DNA of 64,000 nucleotides, taken from NCBI GenBank assembly GCA_951406725.2, contig OX597818.1, positions 30,380,001 through 30,444,000 on the forward strand, given 5' to 3'. Below, piece by piece: positions 11,525-24,016 of this stretch (the stretch's first letter is position 1; each line of letters opens with the position of its first letter). Made by a program: the position numbers and the translations under genes. Source of the DNA: Octopus vulgaris. Lineage: Eukaryota. The notes below the pieces were generated by a model. It was not told where the DNA came from. It worked only from the letters and a program-made list of their open reading frames with translations, and searched no databases.

Positions 11525-14500
11525 GCTGAATGAGCTGCACAAACAACTTGTACTGGTACTGGTACTATGAAAAAAAAAAAAAAAGCACCCAGTACACTCT
11601 GTAAAGTGGTTGGTATTAAGAAGGGCATCCAGTTGTAGAAACCATACCAAAACAGGCAACAGAGCTTGGTATGGCTCTCTGGCTTGCCAGCTTTTCTGAA
11701 ACTATCCAACTCATGCCAGTATGGAATATGGACATTAAATGATGATGATAGGTGAGTGTGTGTGTTCGTATGTTTTTGTGTTTGTCCCTCACCAATGCTT
11801 GATAACTGCTGTTGGTTTGTTTACATCCCTATAACTTAGCAATTTGGTAAAAATGGACCGAAAGAATAAGTACCAGGCTTTAGAAAACAATAAGTATTGA
11901 GGTCAATTTGTTTGACTAAACACTTCAAGGTAGTGCCCCAGCATGGCCACAGTCCAATGACTGAAACAAGTAAAAAATAAAAGATATATATATACACACA
12001 TACATATTCTTAAGGAATGTTTATTTGTTAATATCAGAAACTTCCAATATTAACAATCAACCAAACTGCCTCGCAACATATATATATATATATATATACA
12101 AATATTTTGACTTAATACTCAGTCTGATTTAGTTTATAAGCCTTCCAATCAGAAAATAATCCTTTCTACTATAGGAACAAATTTGTGGGGAGGGGGATAG
12201 TCGATTACATCAACCCCAGTGCTCAATCATTTGGAACTTATTTTATCAACCCCAAAAGGATGAGAGACAAAATTGACCTCAGCAGAATTTGAACTAAGAA
12301 TGTAAAGACAGATGGAATGCCACAAAGCATTTTGTCTGGTGTGCTAACAATGCTGCCAGCTTACCATCTTACAATCCAATCTAATAATATCAACTAATCA
12401 GCTTGCAGCTATATCATGAACACTATCTCAAATGTCCCTAAGATTTGAGCACTTTTCTCTAGTAGTTTGGCACCAAGAATCTTCACAGAGGTTTCACAGC
12501 AGCCAGAAAACACAGATCTCACCTCTTACCATAAGGAAACCAGATAACAGTAGAGGTTTGAGAGAGGTCCAGAGAATAGATACCTCCCCTCTTGACAAGC
12601 AAACCAGAACTGTCACAAAGATATGCGAAAGTCACCAGAAAATACACCTCATCTCTCATCCAGCAACACCAAATTTTCCTTAACTGAATCTGGCTAGAAT
12701 TGAAGAGGAACTCTTCTTCATACTTGCAGGCCAATTCTTTCCAGCATTTCAAGCCTAGTTAGTCATTACTTTGTTTTATTCCAATCACTACATTCTCTAC
12801 CAGCAATTGTTAGTTTATATTCAATTGTTGTCTTGTTCAATAAATCGTACCATTAAAATATGCAATTATGTTCATGCTTGTTCATTATGGTTTAACAGGC
12901 AGCCAAGCTCACACCAATAAGTATCTACGTATCATTCCAGTGTGGCAATGGTGACCAACATAAACAAGCTATCTTACCAAGACAGCACAACAACTATATC
13001 TGTAATATTTTAATCTTGACCATATTCACATTTAAGCTTGTCTTGAATTAAAGATTAAGAAGAGCTCTCCTGGTTCAGAGTTGGCCAGGAATACTGAGAT
13101 TTGTAACAAAGAAGTGCACATTTAGAACACTATATAGATAATTAATAATTCATCACTATTTGAAGCTGACGATTTCATCCTCTTTACATATTTCGTTTCC
13201 TCTCAATAACTCTTTTCCAGTATTCTATACAAGCAACTAGACACCGCAGCTGTCTATATCTGGTTATAATTTTAAAGTACCTAGTGTGCTTTAAAATGTA
13301 AACAGACTTCTATAAAAAGTCTCTAACACATTCACCTTTTGTATATGTAACATCAGACGTCAGTGTAAGTTGTATTAAGTGATCTCCAAATTTAAAAGTA
13401 CAACTCGACAAGTGATTGTAACAATAAAAGCACATCCCAGAATTAACAATGACTGACCTATTGAGCAAGTTTAGATTCATATTATTCAACTTTGTGCACA
13501 GAAGGCGTTAGTTAAGAAACTTCTATTTCACATCAAATAAACACACCTATTTATGCTAGTTAGACAGTGACAATGAAGACATTGAGAAAAATAGTAAGGA
13601 CATCAATGGTGTAAACAGAATCATAGCATATGAGCAAAAGACAAAACTGTCATTCTTCGTGAGAGGGCGACAAATAAAAATGCTTTGTGAAAAGCTAATA
13701 ACTATACCTTGCGTTTGTTAACCTAGAAGGTTTTAACAAAATTCCAAGTGTTGTAAATCTGGTGACCACAGAAGTTTATGGTTCATAGGTCGTAAGTATT
13801 TAAGACCTAGAAGCATGTGAAGCCTAGAAGTAAAGTCAGAATTAGGTAGCATAATTTTCAAAAGTATTTTAAGTTTAGATGAGTGTTCGGCAATTTTTCG
13901 AATACAATAAAAGAAATTCGGATATTGATACACTGGTACACTCAACAACTTGCAGTGTAATTGAAATAAAACTAGCTTTTATTGCCAAATTAAAATAACT
14001 TGAATAGGAAGATTCGAGCATTAGTAAAGAAAAGAAATGAAAAACCACAAAGAACGGACACTAAAATATTCGGGATAAAAGCTTAAATTGGCGTAGGGTA
14101 AAACACTATGCAGAAAATGCAACTAATTACTATTACAAAGGTGTAGTATGGATAGTAAACAGATAGAAGGCAGTAAATATTTCGGCAATCTTTCTTTACT
14201 GTTGTTGAGAGGAGGGATAAAGAAAGGATAATGATTTGTTTTGATTTTAAGTTTTTGAAAATTGCCACTCGCTGACAAGCTCCACACAAACAGATTGTTA
14301 CGACAAAGGACTGATAAATGACACACGACGGATAAACAAAAACAATTTGTTGTATGTTTAGAGGAAATTTGGTGGAAAAACAAAAGTTAAAAGAGGACAG
14401 TTGTAAAGTAAGGGATAACAAAAAGGCGTCAAAATATAATAAGAAGAATTAGAGAAGACAAAACGTAAAGACGATATACTTGGGTCGGTCGTGATTGTTT

Positions 14501-15374
14501 TGATGTAAAAAGCAGTTCATTATAAGAAATAATTAACAGAATTGGAATGAAGTAAAGCTGATGACGAACCAATTATACTTCTAATGAAACTATAAACCTA
14601 CAATAAGACAGCAAAGCAAAACAAAGCAATGTTTGTGTGTTTGCGTGTACAATTTTAACTTCAAAATTAAAACTTCGAAGTTGATTTGAACTATAAATGC
14701 TTACATCTGGGTGTTGAAACAGTTCTTAAAAAAGAACACTTAAGGGATGTAAACATATTAAGAATAAAAATAATAAAGGGAAAACGAGAAGACAATGTGG
14801 CTATACACTTTAATTAAATACAGCAGGATATAATACTTGGATCTGTCAACGACACAACAGGAATTACATAAATTATAAACAATATATATATATACATTGC
14901 AGTAAAATATTGAAACTAAAACTTCCAGGACTTGTCATTTCTATTAAAAAAAAAATACAATAATAGTGCACGACATATTGTAAATAGTGTCGTTCTTGTG
15001 TTAACACAACACAAACATGGGTAATATATATATAGATATAAGATATCAAGCAATCAGAATATGTATAGAGTTAACAGGGAGGTATCTAGTAAAATCAAAG
15101 TAGAATTATGTTCGTGTATACGTACAGTGAAGGCGACGGATATATGATGATTGGTGTGCCCAGCAAGGAAATGCTAATTGTACAGCAAGCTGTAGTCAAT
15201 AAACAGATTTGTTATTAAATCTGAAGCCCCTGACCACGTGTGAAGTTCATCAGTCACAGCAGTTATGTGCCCTTAGTTTGTATTTCGTCCACTAGGCAAA
15301 TATAGTTTTCGGTTGTCAACAAAGCTGCTATTAAACTATTATTGTCGATGTAATTCTGGTCTCTCGTTGTCAGA

Positions 15375-15785
15375 GGATCTTTTCGGTTTGAACGGCAGTT
15401 TTTAACATAATTTCTAGGTAACTAAAAAGTTTTAAACTACGTATACTGATAGAATGTGTTTATAAAACATCATTTTCTCTTGGCTTTATTGAGAAAATTC
15501 TATAGTTTGTAAGATATTTGTTTTTTTTCTTCAATTTCTGAAATTTCAACCAATCACTGACGTCTATTGAGGTAAAAAAAACATTCTGTGCCGTATGAAT
15601 ATGTCCCTCGTTTAAGAAACAGATTGGGTTTACATTTGTGAAGAAAAAAAAAAAAGATACCCTTCCCCCCACCTCTAACCCTAAAACAGATTGAAATGCA
15701 ATAGATCGATACTAGGGTCATAATTATGGGTGACAATTTTATATGACACCGCTAGAAAAAACAGCCGTTCAAACCGAAAAGATCC
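15375..15785. mobile_element. MITE with GG-start TIRs, Merlin-like
   Basis: TIR GGATCTTTTCGGTTTGAACGGC / GCCGTTCAAACCGAAAAGATCC; imperfect 8-bp TSD TTGTCAGA / AAGTCAGA. Confidence 0.8.
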
Positions 15786-16600
15786 AAGTCAGACAAAATG
15801 ATTAGCGGCAATTTTTCTGGCTCTTTACGTTTGAGTTCAAATTCCGGCAAGGACGACTTTTCATTTCATCTAATCGGATATGATAAAATAAGTAATGAAG
15901 AGTCAATATAAACGATTTTCCCCCTCCAAAAACATTGCTGGTTTTGTGCCTATAGTAGAGATAACTTAATGTAATTCTCGTCTCTTATCATTTATTTGTT
16001 TTAGTATTGAATTGTGGCCATGTTGGGTCTCTACCGTGAAGGTTTTAATCAAACAAATCGACTTCACTACGCCTGTTTCAAAATTTTATCGGTCTATTTT
16101 GCTGAGCCGCTAGAGTACAGGGATGTAAGTAAACCAACACAATTTGTCAAGCAGTGGTGGGGACAAATACAAAGACACATATATACGTGTATATATATAT
16201 ATATATATATATAAGATCTCTGTAACGGAATGCAATAAAGTGTTCCCTTGATGATCCAGTGCAGTTAAGCATCCAAATGCACTCTAAACATTCGATGCTG
16301 GGTACCAAATAACTGTGATGATGAAATGTATGCACAAACTATTCATATTTGTATTTTTCCTAATTTTTCAATGTGTGTGTGTGTATGTATATATAGCAAA
16401 TAAGAAAATGGAGGAGAACAATAGGTGGTTCATCAACTTTTAGACATTAAATTATGTTAACTTATTTATTTATTAACTGATAATTACACTAACATACATA
16501 CATACAACATATTGTTCTTTACATATAAGATATAGAATATATTAATATATAAGGATACCAGTAATTATTATTAAAAAAAAACATGAATATAAATTGGTAA

Positions 16601-16721
16601 AATAACTTACAGCTGTTTCAGCCAATAGATAAAAATACGTCATTCTACTCAAGCGGATTGAGGTAATAGGTAGATGAACATGAGGTACTTGTATATATCT
16701 CTAGGCTTCGTCAGAGATTAT
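16601..16721 (-). ncRNA. Minimal type I hammerhead ribozyme (Penelope pLTR type)
   Basis: Minus strand: AUAAUCU-CUGACGA-AGCC...GGCU-GAAAC-AGCU-GUA-AGUUAU. Intact core, stem II AGCC/GGCU, palindromic stem III, GUA cleavage triplet, bulged stem I. Confidence 0.6.
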
Positions 16722-16724
16722 AAA

Positions 16725-16985
16725 GTACAAATGTCATACCCAATGACTGGCATAGCAGTACCATAGTCAACAAGTCAACAGCTACAAGAGTAAAAGTGAT
16801 GCTTTAGACAGAAATAAGTACAGGGGTATCAAACTGCTGGATCAGGCCATGAAGGTCACAGAGAGGGTCATAACCCAACTAATTAGGAAGAGAGTCTGCT
16901 TAGATGAGATGCAGTTTGTTTTTGTGCCAGGTAGAAGCACCACTGATGCTATATTCCTGGTGTGGCAACTGCAGGAGAAATACCG
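16725..16985 (+). mobile_element. RTE-clade RT fragment
   Basis: YRGIKLLDQAMKVTERVI..LDEMQFVFVPGRSTTDAIFLVWQLQEKY; homologous to 62490-62700 (-). Confidence 0.85.
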
Positions 16986-17244
16986 TCTGTTTTAATTTAA
17001 TTAAATTCTGTCTTTGTGCAGCTGAAGATTGCTCTGCATTTAAATTGATGTAATGATTACATTGTTAAATTAAATGGAGTTGCATGAAACGATCATGCTG
17101 CATTACCTTTGGATATCCTTGTTGCTTATTTTGATTTTAATCACCTAACTTTGAAATTGTATGGATAATACCACATTAAATTCTGGTACTTCATCTTATG
17201 TACCATATTCATCTGAATATATATGTGTGTGTGTGTGTGTGTGT

Positions 17245-17736
17245 GGAGATATGCTGTGACTTCGAAGACTCGACAAATGAAGTGAGTTCATGGCTCGCAG
17301 GACAGCCTGCTGTGCTAACGTTGGATCGTAGAGTGACTCGCTGTTCTTGAAGAGACCTATTGAGTCAAGTACATCAACATCAAAATAAAAATTCAAATGG
17401 AAATTGTAGTTAAGACACCCGTACCGGTGATACGTAAAAAGCACCGTCTTAAGGTAGCAGATGCCAGCGCCGCCTGGCTGGCGTCCGTGTCGGTGACACG
17501 TAAAAGCACCAACCTATCGTGGCAATTTGCCAGCCTGCTCTGGCCCCTGTGCTGGTGGTACGCAAAAAACACCCACTACACTCACGGAGTGGTTGGCGTT
17601 AGGAAGGGCATCCAGCTGTAGAAAAACTGTCAAATTAGACTAGAGCCTGGTGCAGCCTCCATGGCTTCCAGACCCCGGTCGAACCGTCCAACCCATGCTA
17701 GCGTGAAAAACGGACGTTAAACGATGATGATGATGA

Positions 17737-17740
<4 letters not shown>
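17245..17740 (+). mobile_element. RTE-LINE 3' end with tandem structured units and (GAT)n tail
   Basis: Units at 17420, 17486 and about 17548; same terminal module as 10740-10900. Confidence 0.8.
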
Positions 17741-17776
<36 letters not shown>

Positions 17777-19787
17777 GATTTTGATTTGATTTTGATTTTT
17801 CCAGTTTCAGCTAATGAGCTGTGGCCATGCTGGGGCACCGCCATTTGGTTTGCTACACGGGTTTACCTCACGGATGCTTTTTAGCAAATGCCATCTGATG
17901 CATGAGAGAGTTCGATGCAGCTGCCCTCATCTGCACCTCCTGCCGTGAAGTTGGTTCATCCGGGACACCTGACAGGAAGAGATCCAGTCCTGCTTTAAAG
18001 ACATCCGCATCTACACCATGCAGGTCCCCCAGGTTCTTCGGGAGGACATTGAAGAGCCGTGGGCCTCTGAAGCCCAGGCTATCACAATATCTTGTCCTAC
18101 ATCTTGATGGCAAATTTGGAGTCCTTGGTACTATGCAGTGGCGTCCGGTTCTGGCGTTTGTGTGACTCTCGATGCCAAAGTCTGGGACAAGACCTTCCAG
18201 GATCTTCCAGATATATATTATGGCATATCTTTCTCGCCTACGCTCCAGGGAATAGAGCTTTAATCTCTTGAGTCTCTCCCAGTAGCTCGTATGCTGCACA
18301 GAGGCTATCTTCTTCGTGTAGCTTCGTTGGATCGCCTCAAGTTCTGTGATCAACTTGACACTGGATGGTGACCATAGCTGAGAGCAATAGTCAAAGTGGC
18401 TTAGGACAAGTGTCTTCCAGAGGACCATCATGGTTTCTTGTTCTCTTGTTCTAAAGGTTCTAAGAATCCATCCAGCCAGCCGTCTGCATTTCATTGTCAG
18501 TTTAGCAACATGTACATGAAAGGTCGCGTCATCACTCATGTGAATACCCAGGTCACGCACTGATTGTGCCTCTGGGACTGCAATCCCTCCGGGTCCAGTG
18601 TATTCATTGGGTATTGCATTCAGTTTTGCATGCTGATAGTATAAAGCTTGAAACTTTTCAGCATTGAACGGCATGCTATTCTTTTCAGCCCACTTGTATA
18701 TTTCGTCCAGCTCACATTGCAGGTGCTTAGTGTCTTCAGGGTTCTGTATTGCCTGTGAAACTTTTGTATCATCTGCATAACTTGTGATCGTGGCTCTCCG
18801 CGTGGCTGAGTGCATGTCTGAGAGGGCCATTATGAACAGCAGTGGTCCCAAAACAGTGCCCTGTGGAACACCGCTCACTATTTGCGTGCTAATGGAAGTG
18901 GCCCCATTGGCTGCTACCACCTGACTTCTATTCTTCAGAAAGTCATGAAGCCATTCTCCTAGTTTTCCAACTATGCCAAGATCACGCAGTTTGTGACATA
19001 TCATTCCATGATCGACTTTATCGAAGGCCTTTGCGAAGTCGAGATATATGACTTCCACATTTGAGTGGTTGAGCAGTTGTTTCAGCACCCAGTCATAGTG
19101 CTGCAGGAGCTGAGTTAAGCAGCTTCTTCCTGGTCGGAAACCATGTTGGGTGTCAGGCAGCAAGTCATTTTCTTCAAGGAAGGTGATTAGTTTCCTTCTG
19201 ACTATTCGTTCCATGACCTTGCTGATGTGTGAGGTCAGAGAGATAGGTCTGTAGTTCTTGGCCTCCGCTCTGCTACCTCCTTTATGAATAGGGCATATTT
19301 TACCTTCCTTCAGTTTTCTTGGAAGTTTGCCAGCTGCAAGGAAGCTCTGAAAGAGGAACTGCAGTGGTCTTGCTAGGACTCTCTTACATACTTTTAGGAG
19401 GATTGCCGGGAATCCATCGGGGCCAATAGCTGAGTCTGTTTTCATTTCATCTATAGCCTTTATTACATCGTCTTCCTTTATATCGATGTAATTTATCGTC
19501 GCCGCCTCTGATTCTATATCTGCAGTGGTAAAGAAGTCAGTTGGATTGCTGATTTGGAAATGCCCAAGGGGTGGAGTGAAAACACTCTTGAATTGTTCAT
19601 TCAGTATTTCACTTACCCTCATTGGTTTTCCTGTGAGTGTGCCATCCTTTTCAAGGAGTGGCCCTATCCTACAGTGCACCGTAGCTGTTTCTTTGGCATA
19701 CCTGTAGAAAGCTCTGGGGTTAGTTTTTATGTTGTCTATAGCCCAGGCTTCTTTGTCTGCTCTTTCCTTCTCATGGGAGAGTTGCAG

Positions 19788-19790
<3 letters not shown>
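17777..19790 (-). mobile_element. Young 5'-truncated CR1-group LINE; RT-containing ORF intact from about 19790 to the stop at 17868
   Basis: GPDG, NYRPISLTS, QHGFR, YLDFAKAFDKVDH, SGVPQGTVLGPLLF, YADD, RDLG, LERRRER; about 640 aa without a stop; no endonuclease (truncated); (AAAATC)n-like tail; (TA)n on both flanks. Confidence 0.93.
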
Positions 19791-19860
<70 letters not shown>

Positions 19861-20261
19861 AACAGATGAGATTCAGAGATGCTCAACACAGAAATCAAGT
19901 GCGCTCAAATGATTTGAAATTACACTCTGAAATCTTTACCAAGGACTAAGTCCGTGGGGGTAACGAGTGTGTATAAGAGGAGTCCAGGTGAGCAGATTTG
20001 GAGATAATAATGCAAATAAACAAAAACCGCTTAATGGCCAGTCAGAGAAGAAATACAACAAATGCTCAGCACTACTTTTTTCCATCAAGGGCTCGTATGC
20101 CCCAATATTAAGCTATTTACTTTAGTCATTATATGGTGATGGCTCATATGCTTCAAGCTCATAAAATATTACCATTATTATTTACAGAATTGTAAAAATC
20201 GACACGGCTTATCAAAAGAGCCCAAGGTGTGGTTGTGTAGTAAGAAGCTTGCTTCCCAACA

Positions 20262-22240
20262 TCGTACCAGGCAATGCCAGTGTGGTACCATACAGTATCT
20301 CTGCAGAAGAAAAACCCAGGTCTGCCTTGACAGCGGTACGACAACCAAGAAGCACAATTGGCAGAAATTCAGTCCAAGACTGTGGATCTGCAGGGGCATG
20401 TAGAGCGGCCTTGGGCTGTCTATGGAACCGTTCAACTAATCTGTTAAAAGCTGGATGATAACTGGTAGTGTGAATATGATGCACACCTAAAATGCGTGAC
20501 AATTCACGAAATAAAGAAGCTTCAAACTGACGTCCACGATCAGTAGTCAATCTGGACGGAACTCCGAAACGGGAAATCCAGTTAGAAAAAAGCTCGAGCA
20601 ACAGACTCAGCAGAAATATCTGCTATCGGAATGGCTTCTGGCCAACGGGAGAAACGATCGACGCAGGTTAAAAGATAAGAGAACCCACGACTCACAGGCC
20701 ATGGTCCAACCAGATCAATGTGGACATGGCGAAAACGGGCCTCCTTAGAAGGAAAGTGTCCAAGCGGGGCACGAATGTGCCATTGAATCTTGGACCGTTG
20801 GCACTTGGAGCAAATGCGTGTCCAAGAGGTAATAGTGCGACGCATATTCGGCCAGAAAAACCGAGCAGTGATAAGTTTAATGGTAGCAGCGATGCCAGGC
20901 TGTGATAAAGAGTGCAGTGCCTCAAACACTGAGCGTTGATGATTCTCAGGCACGAGTAGCCTGGGAGAACCAGTGGAAGTATCATAAAGGATGGTACCTT
21001 CAGCTGATGGAAGCGGAAGATAGGCAAACTGGCAACAGGAGAACTTAGGCGAAGTTAAGTCTAACGTCGCCAAAGGTGGTTGCTCCTGCGAAATGGCAGT
21101 TAAGTCAATCGCAGCAGGAAACGAAAGAGAACAGACTGGAAGGCGAGAAAGAGCGTCAGCAGGAACGTTCTCTTTCCCAGGTATATGACGAATGTCACTG
21201 GTAAATTGTGAAATAAAATCCAAGTGACAGAAAGCATGAGGCGAGAGTTTGTCCGTTTTAGATGACAGGGCAAAAGTAAGAGGCTTGCGATCAGTATAAA
21301 TCGACCTTCGAGTTGATGCTGGAAATGACGAACCGATAGATAGACCGCTAGGAGCTCACGATCAAAAGTGCTGTATCGTCGCTCAGCTGGTTGCAGTTGG
21401 CAAGAAAAGAAAGCTAGAGTCTGATCGTCCACTGTGTTACAGCACAGCGCCAATCGCAGTGTCCGATGCATCTACAGTTAAAGAGAGAGAAGCACCAGGA
21501 ACCGGATGTGCAAGCAAAGGAACAGAATTTAACTCCTTTCTTGATGGACTCAAAAGCTGTCAGTGTCTCAACGGAAAGAGTGACTTGACCGTCCTTTAAT
21601 AGCTTGGTGAGAGGAAGTAGCTGATCTGCACAACCGGGAATGAAACGTCTATAGAAATTGACCATCCCTAGATAATGCCTGAGCTGGCGCAAGGAAGTAG
21701 GAGGTGCGATGCGCTGAATTGCATCTACTTTAGACGAGAGAGGTTTGATGGCCGAGAAAGTCAAGAGAAGATCGTCCGAACACACACTTGTCTGGATTAA
21801 CGCGCACACCATAGTCGCGAAGACGCTGAAAGAGCTAAGACAAGTGCCGGAGATGATTTTCACGGGTGTCGCTCGCAATGAGTATATCATCAACATAAGC
21901 AAACACGAAATCACGACCGCGGACTTCATCAATGAAACGCTGGAACGTGCTGGTAGCGTTCCGCAAACCAAAACTCATAAAGAGAAATTCAAAGCACCCT
22001 AAAGGAGTGGTAATAGCAGTCTTCGGAACATCGGCTGGGTTGACCGGTATCTGGTGATAAGCACGAATGAGGTCAACTTTTGAAAAAATGGTACAGCCAT
22101 GAAGATGCGCCGAAAAATCCTGAAAATATCTGATTGGATAGCGGTCAGGAACCGTTACTGCGTTGAGACGCCTATAGTCCCCTACCGGGCGAAAATCAGT
22201 GTCCCCTTTCCGCACTAAATGAAGGGGAGATGCCCACGAA
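20262..22240 (-). mobile_element. Ty3/Gypsy pol remnant (RT-RNaseH-integrase), frameshifted, no LTRs seen
   Basis: [39 protein letters not shown]; RRYSTFDRELLA; NVPADALSR; [38 protein letters not shown], spread over several frames. Confidence 0.92.
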
Positions 22241-22429
22241 GTAGCAGCTCGAGAGAGCTGCTAGAGACACGTCTGTATCGTTCAGCTGCTAGCGTCCAAG
22301 AGAGAGATACAAGAGAATTTCGCTGCTGCTAGTTTTCTGCGCACGCGCATGAAGGAACTTCCGGCATGCCTTCCGGAAGACTCCAACCCTGCGCATGCGT
22401 GCTGGAGATTTCCAAGATCGCGTCACTAC

Positions 22430-23030
22430 AAGTATTTAGGCAGCAAGACAGACCGTGAAGACCTGTGGAGTCGAGGAGCCTACCACAGCGACATCTCAGT
22501 CCCCTACAGACGTCAGCTCCCACTCCGAGTGTGATAGAGATGCAGAGCTCATCTAGACTGTGTAGACTTCCAATGTTGGCCACAGGCAGGGTTCAATCCA
22601 GTCCCCGGAGAATTTTGCACTAGTAGAAAGTATGCAACACCTTGAAAATTGATCAGATTGATCAAGGTGAGAGTTGAAAGTGGCACCTGGCATCTGAGCG
22701 CAGATTGTCCCATACTCTCTGCTTCCGTCTGTTCTCAACTGTAACAAGAACTGACAAGCTTCCACTTTAACAGAGCTCCATTCATCTTCCTGTTGGAACT
22801 AGTCCATGTTGAAGAGAAGGGGATGTTGTCTTCTAAATGGGTGCAGGCGTGGATGGAAGAAGGAAAAGAGAGAAGAGGTAGAGACGAGACTTGCACAGAT
22901 CTGGATCCCCAAACCGTTTGGACAAAGTAGCTTGGTCGCAAACATTCGAGTTTCCTGAAGATTGGAAAGGCGACGATAATCTATAAGAGGGACTAACTCT
23001 GAGAAAATGCAATAGCTTAGGAGTCGACAA
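22430..23030 (-). mobile_element. CRE-clade-like non-LTR retrotransposon remnant
   Basis: PKLLHFLRVSP, QATLSKRFG, and the zinc knuckle LGVGADVC..LRCRCG..LD..GLHGLSC typical of RLE-type CRE elements; frameshifted. Confidence 0.6.
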
Positions 23031-23245
23031 CTCTTTACTCTTTTACTCCTTTACTTGTTTCAGTCATTTAACTGCGGCCATGCTGGAGCACCGCCTTTAA
23101 TCGAGCAACTCGAGCCCGGGTCTTATTCTTTTGTAAGCCCAGTACTTATTATATCGGTCTCTTTTGCCGAACCGCTAAGTAACGGAGACATAAACACACC
23201 AGCATCGGTTGTCAAGCAATGCTAGGGGGACAAACACAGACACAC

Positions 23246-23316
<71 letters not shown>

Positions 23317-23475
23317 CATACATATATACGACGGGCTTCTTTCAGTTTCCGTCTACCAAATCCACTCACAAGGCTTTGGTCGGCCCGAGGCCAAGATGCC
23401 ACGCAGTCGGACTGAACCCGGAACAACCATGTGGTTGGTTAAACAAGCTACTTACCACACAGCCACTCCTGCGCC
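23031..23475 (-). mobile_element. SINE family A copy
   Basis: Reverse complement of the 5003-5385 consensus with an expanded (TA)n. Confidence 0.9.
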
Positions 23476-23719
23476 TAATTCCTAAGTATAAAAAAACTTT
23501 GGTGGGGCTCAATTACCTCAAGATTCGTAAAAGTTAGTCTAAATTCTGCCGAGGTCAGTTTTGCTCTCATCCTTTCGGGGTCGATAAAATAAGTTCCAGT
23601 TGAGCCCTGGGGATGATGTAATCGACTTGCCTCCTCCTCTCAAAATCGCTGGCCTTGTGCCAAAATTGGAAAGAATTATAATTGTGATTGTTACTTTATT
23701 TTAAAATAGCATATATTAT

Positions 23720-23930
23720 TGGTTTCGAATTTTGGCACAAGGCCAGCAATGGAAGGGATAAGTCGAGTATATCGACATCAGTACTTAACTAGTAATCATT
23801 TTATCGACCGCGAAAGGATGAAAGGTAAAGTCGACCCCGGTGGCATTTGAATTCAGAACGTATAGTCGGACGAAATGCCGTTTAGCATTTTGACCAGCGC
23901 AGCAACAATTCTGCCAGCTCGCCGCCTTAA
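23720..23930 (-). mobile_element. tRNA-derived SINE family B
   Basis: AAGGCGGCGAGCTGGCAGAA...GGTCGACTTT(A/G)CCTTTCATCCTTTCG; other copies near 12180-12370, 23530-23670, 27875-28050, 41025-41270 and 49385-49612. Confidence 0.8.
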
Positions 23931-24016
23931 TATATTATATATTGTTACTAACAATCTTCTTTTTTGATTCTTGATAAAATAATCATGAATATTATAACGA
24001 ATATAACTATAAATCT

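Noticed and set aside
12432-12752. Short ORFs and donor-like sites on both strands
   Set aside because: No recognisable homology or acceptor; probably decayed repeat
14558-14592. CTGATGA...GAAAC hammerhead-like core
   Set aside because: No stem II or stem III pairing
19791-19898. N-terminal extension of the 676-aa ORF (IYIYIY...)
   Set aside because: Read-through across a (TA)n flank; the LINE is 5'-truncated at about 19790
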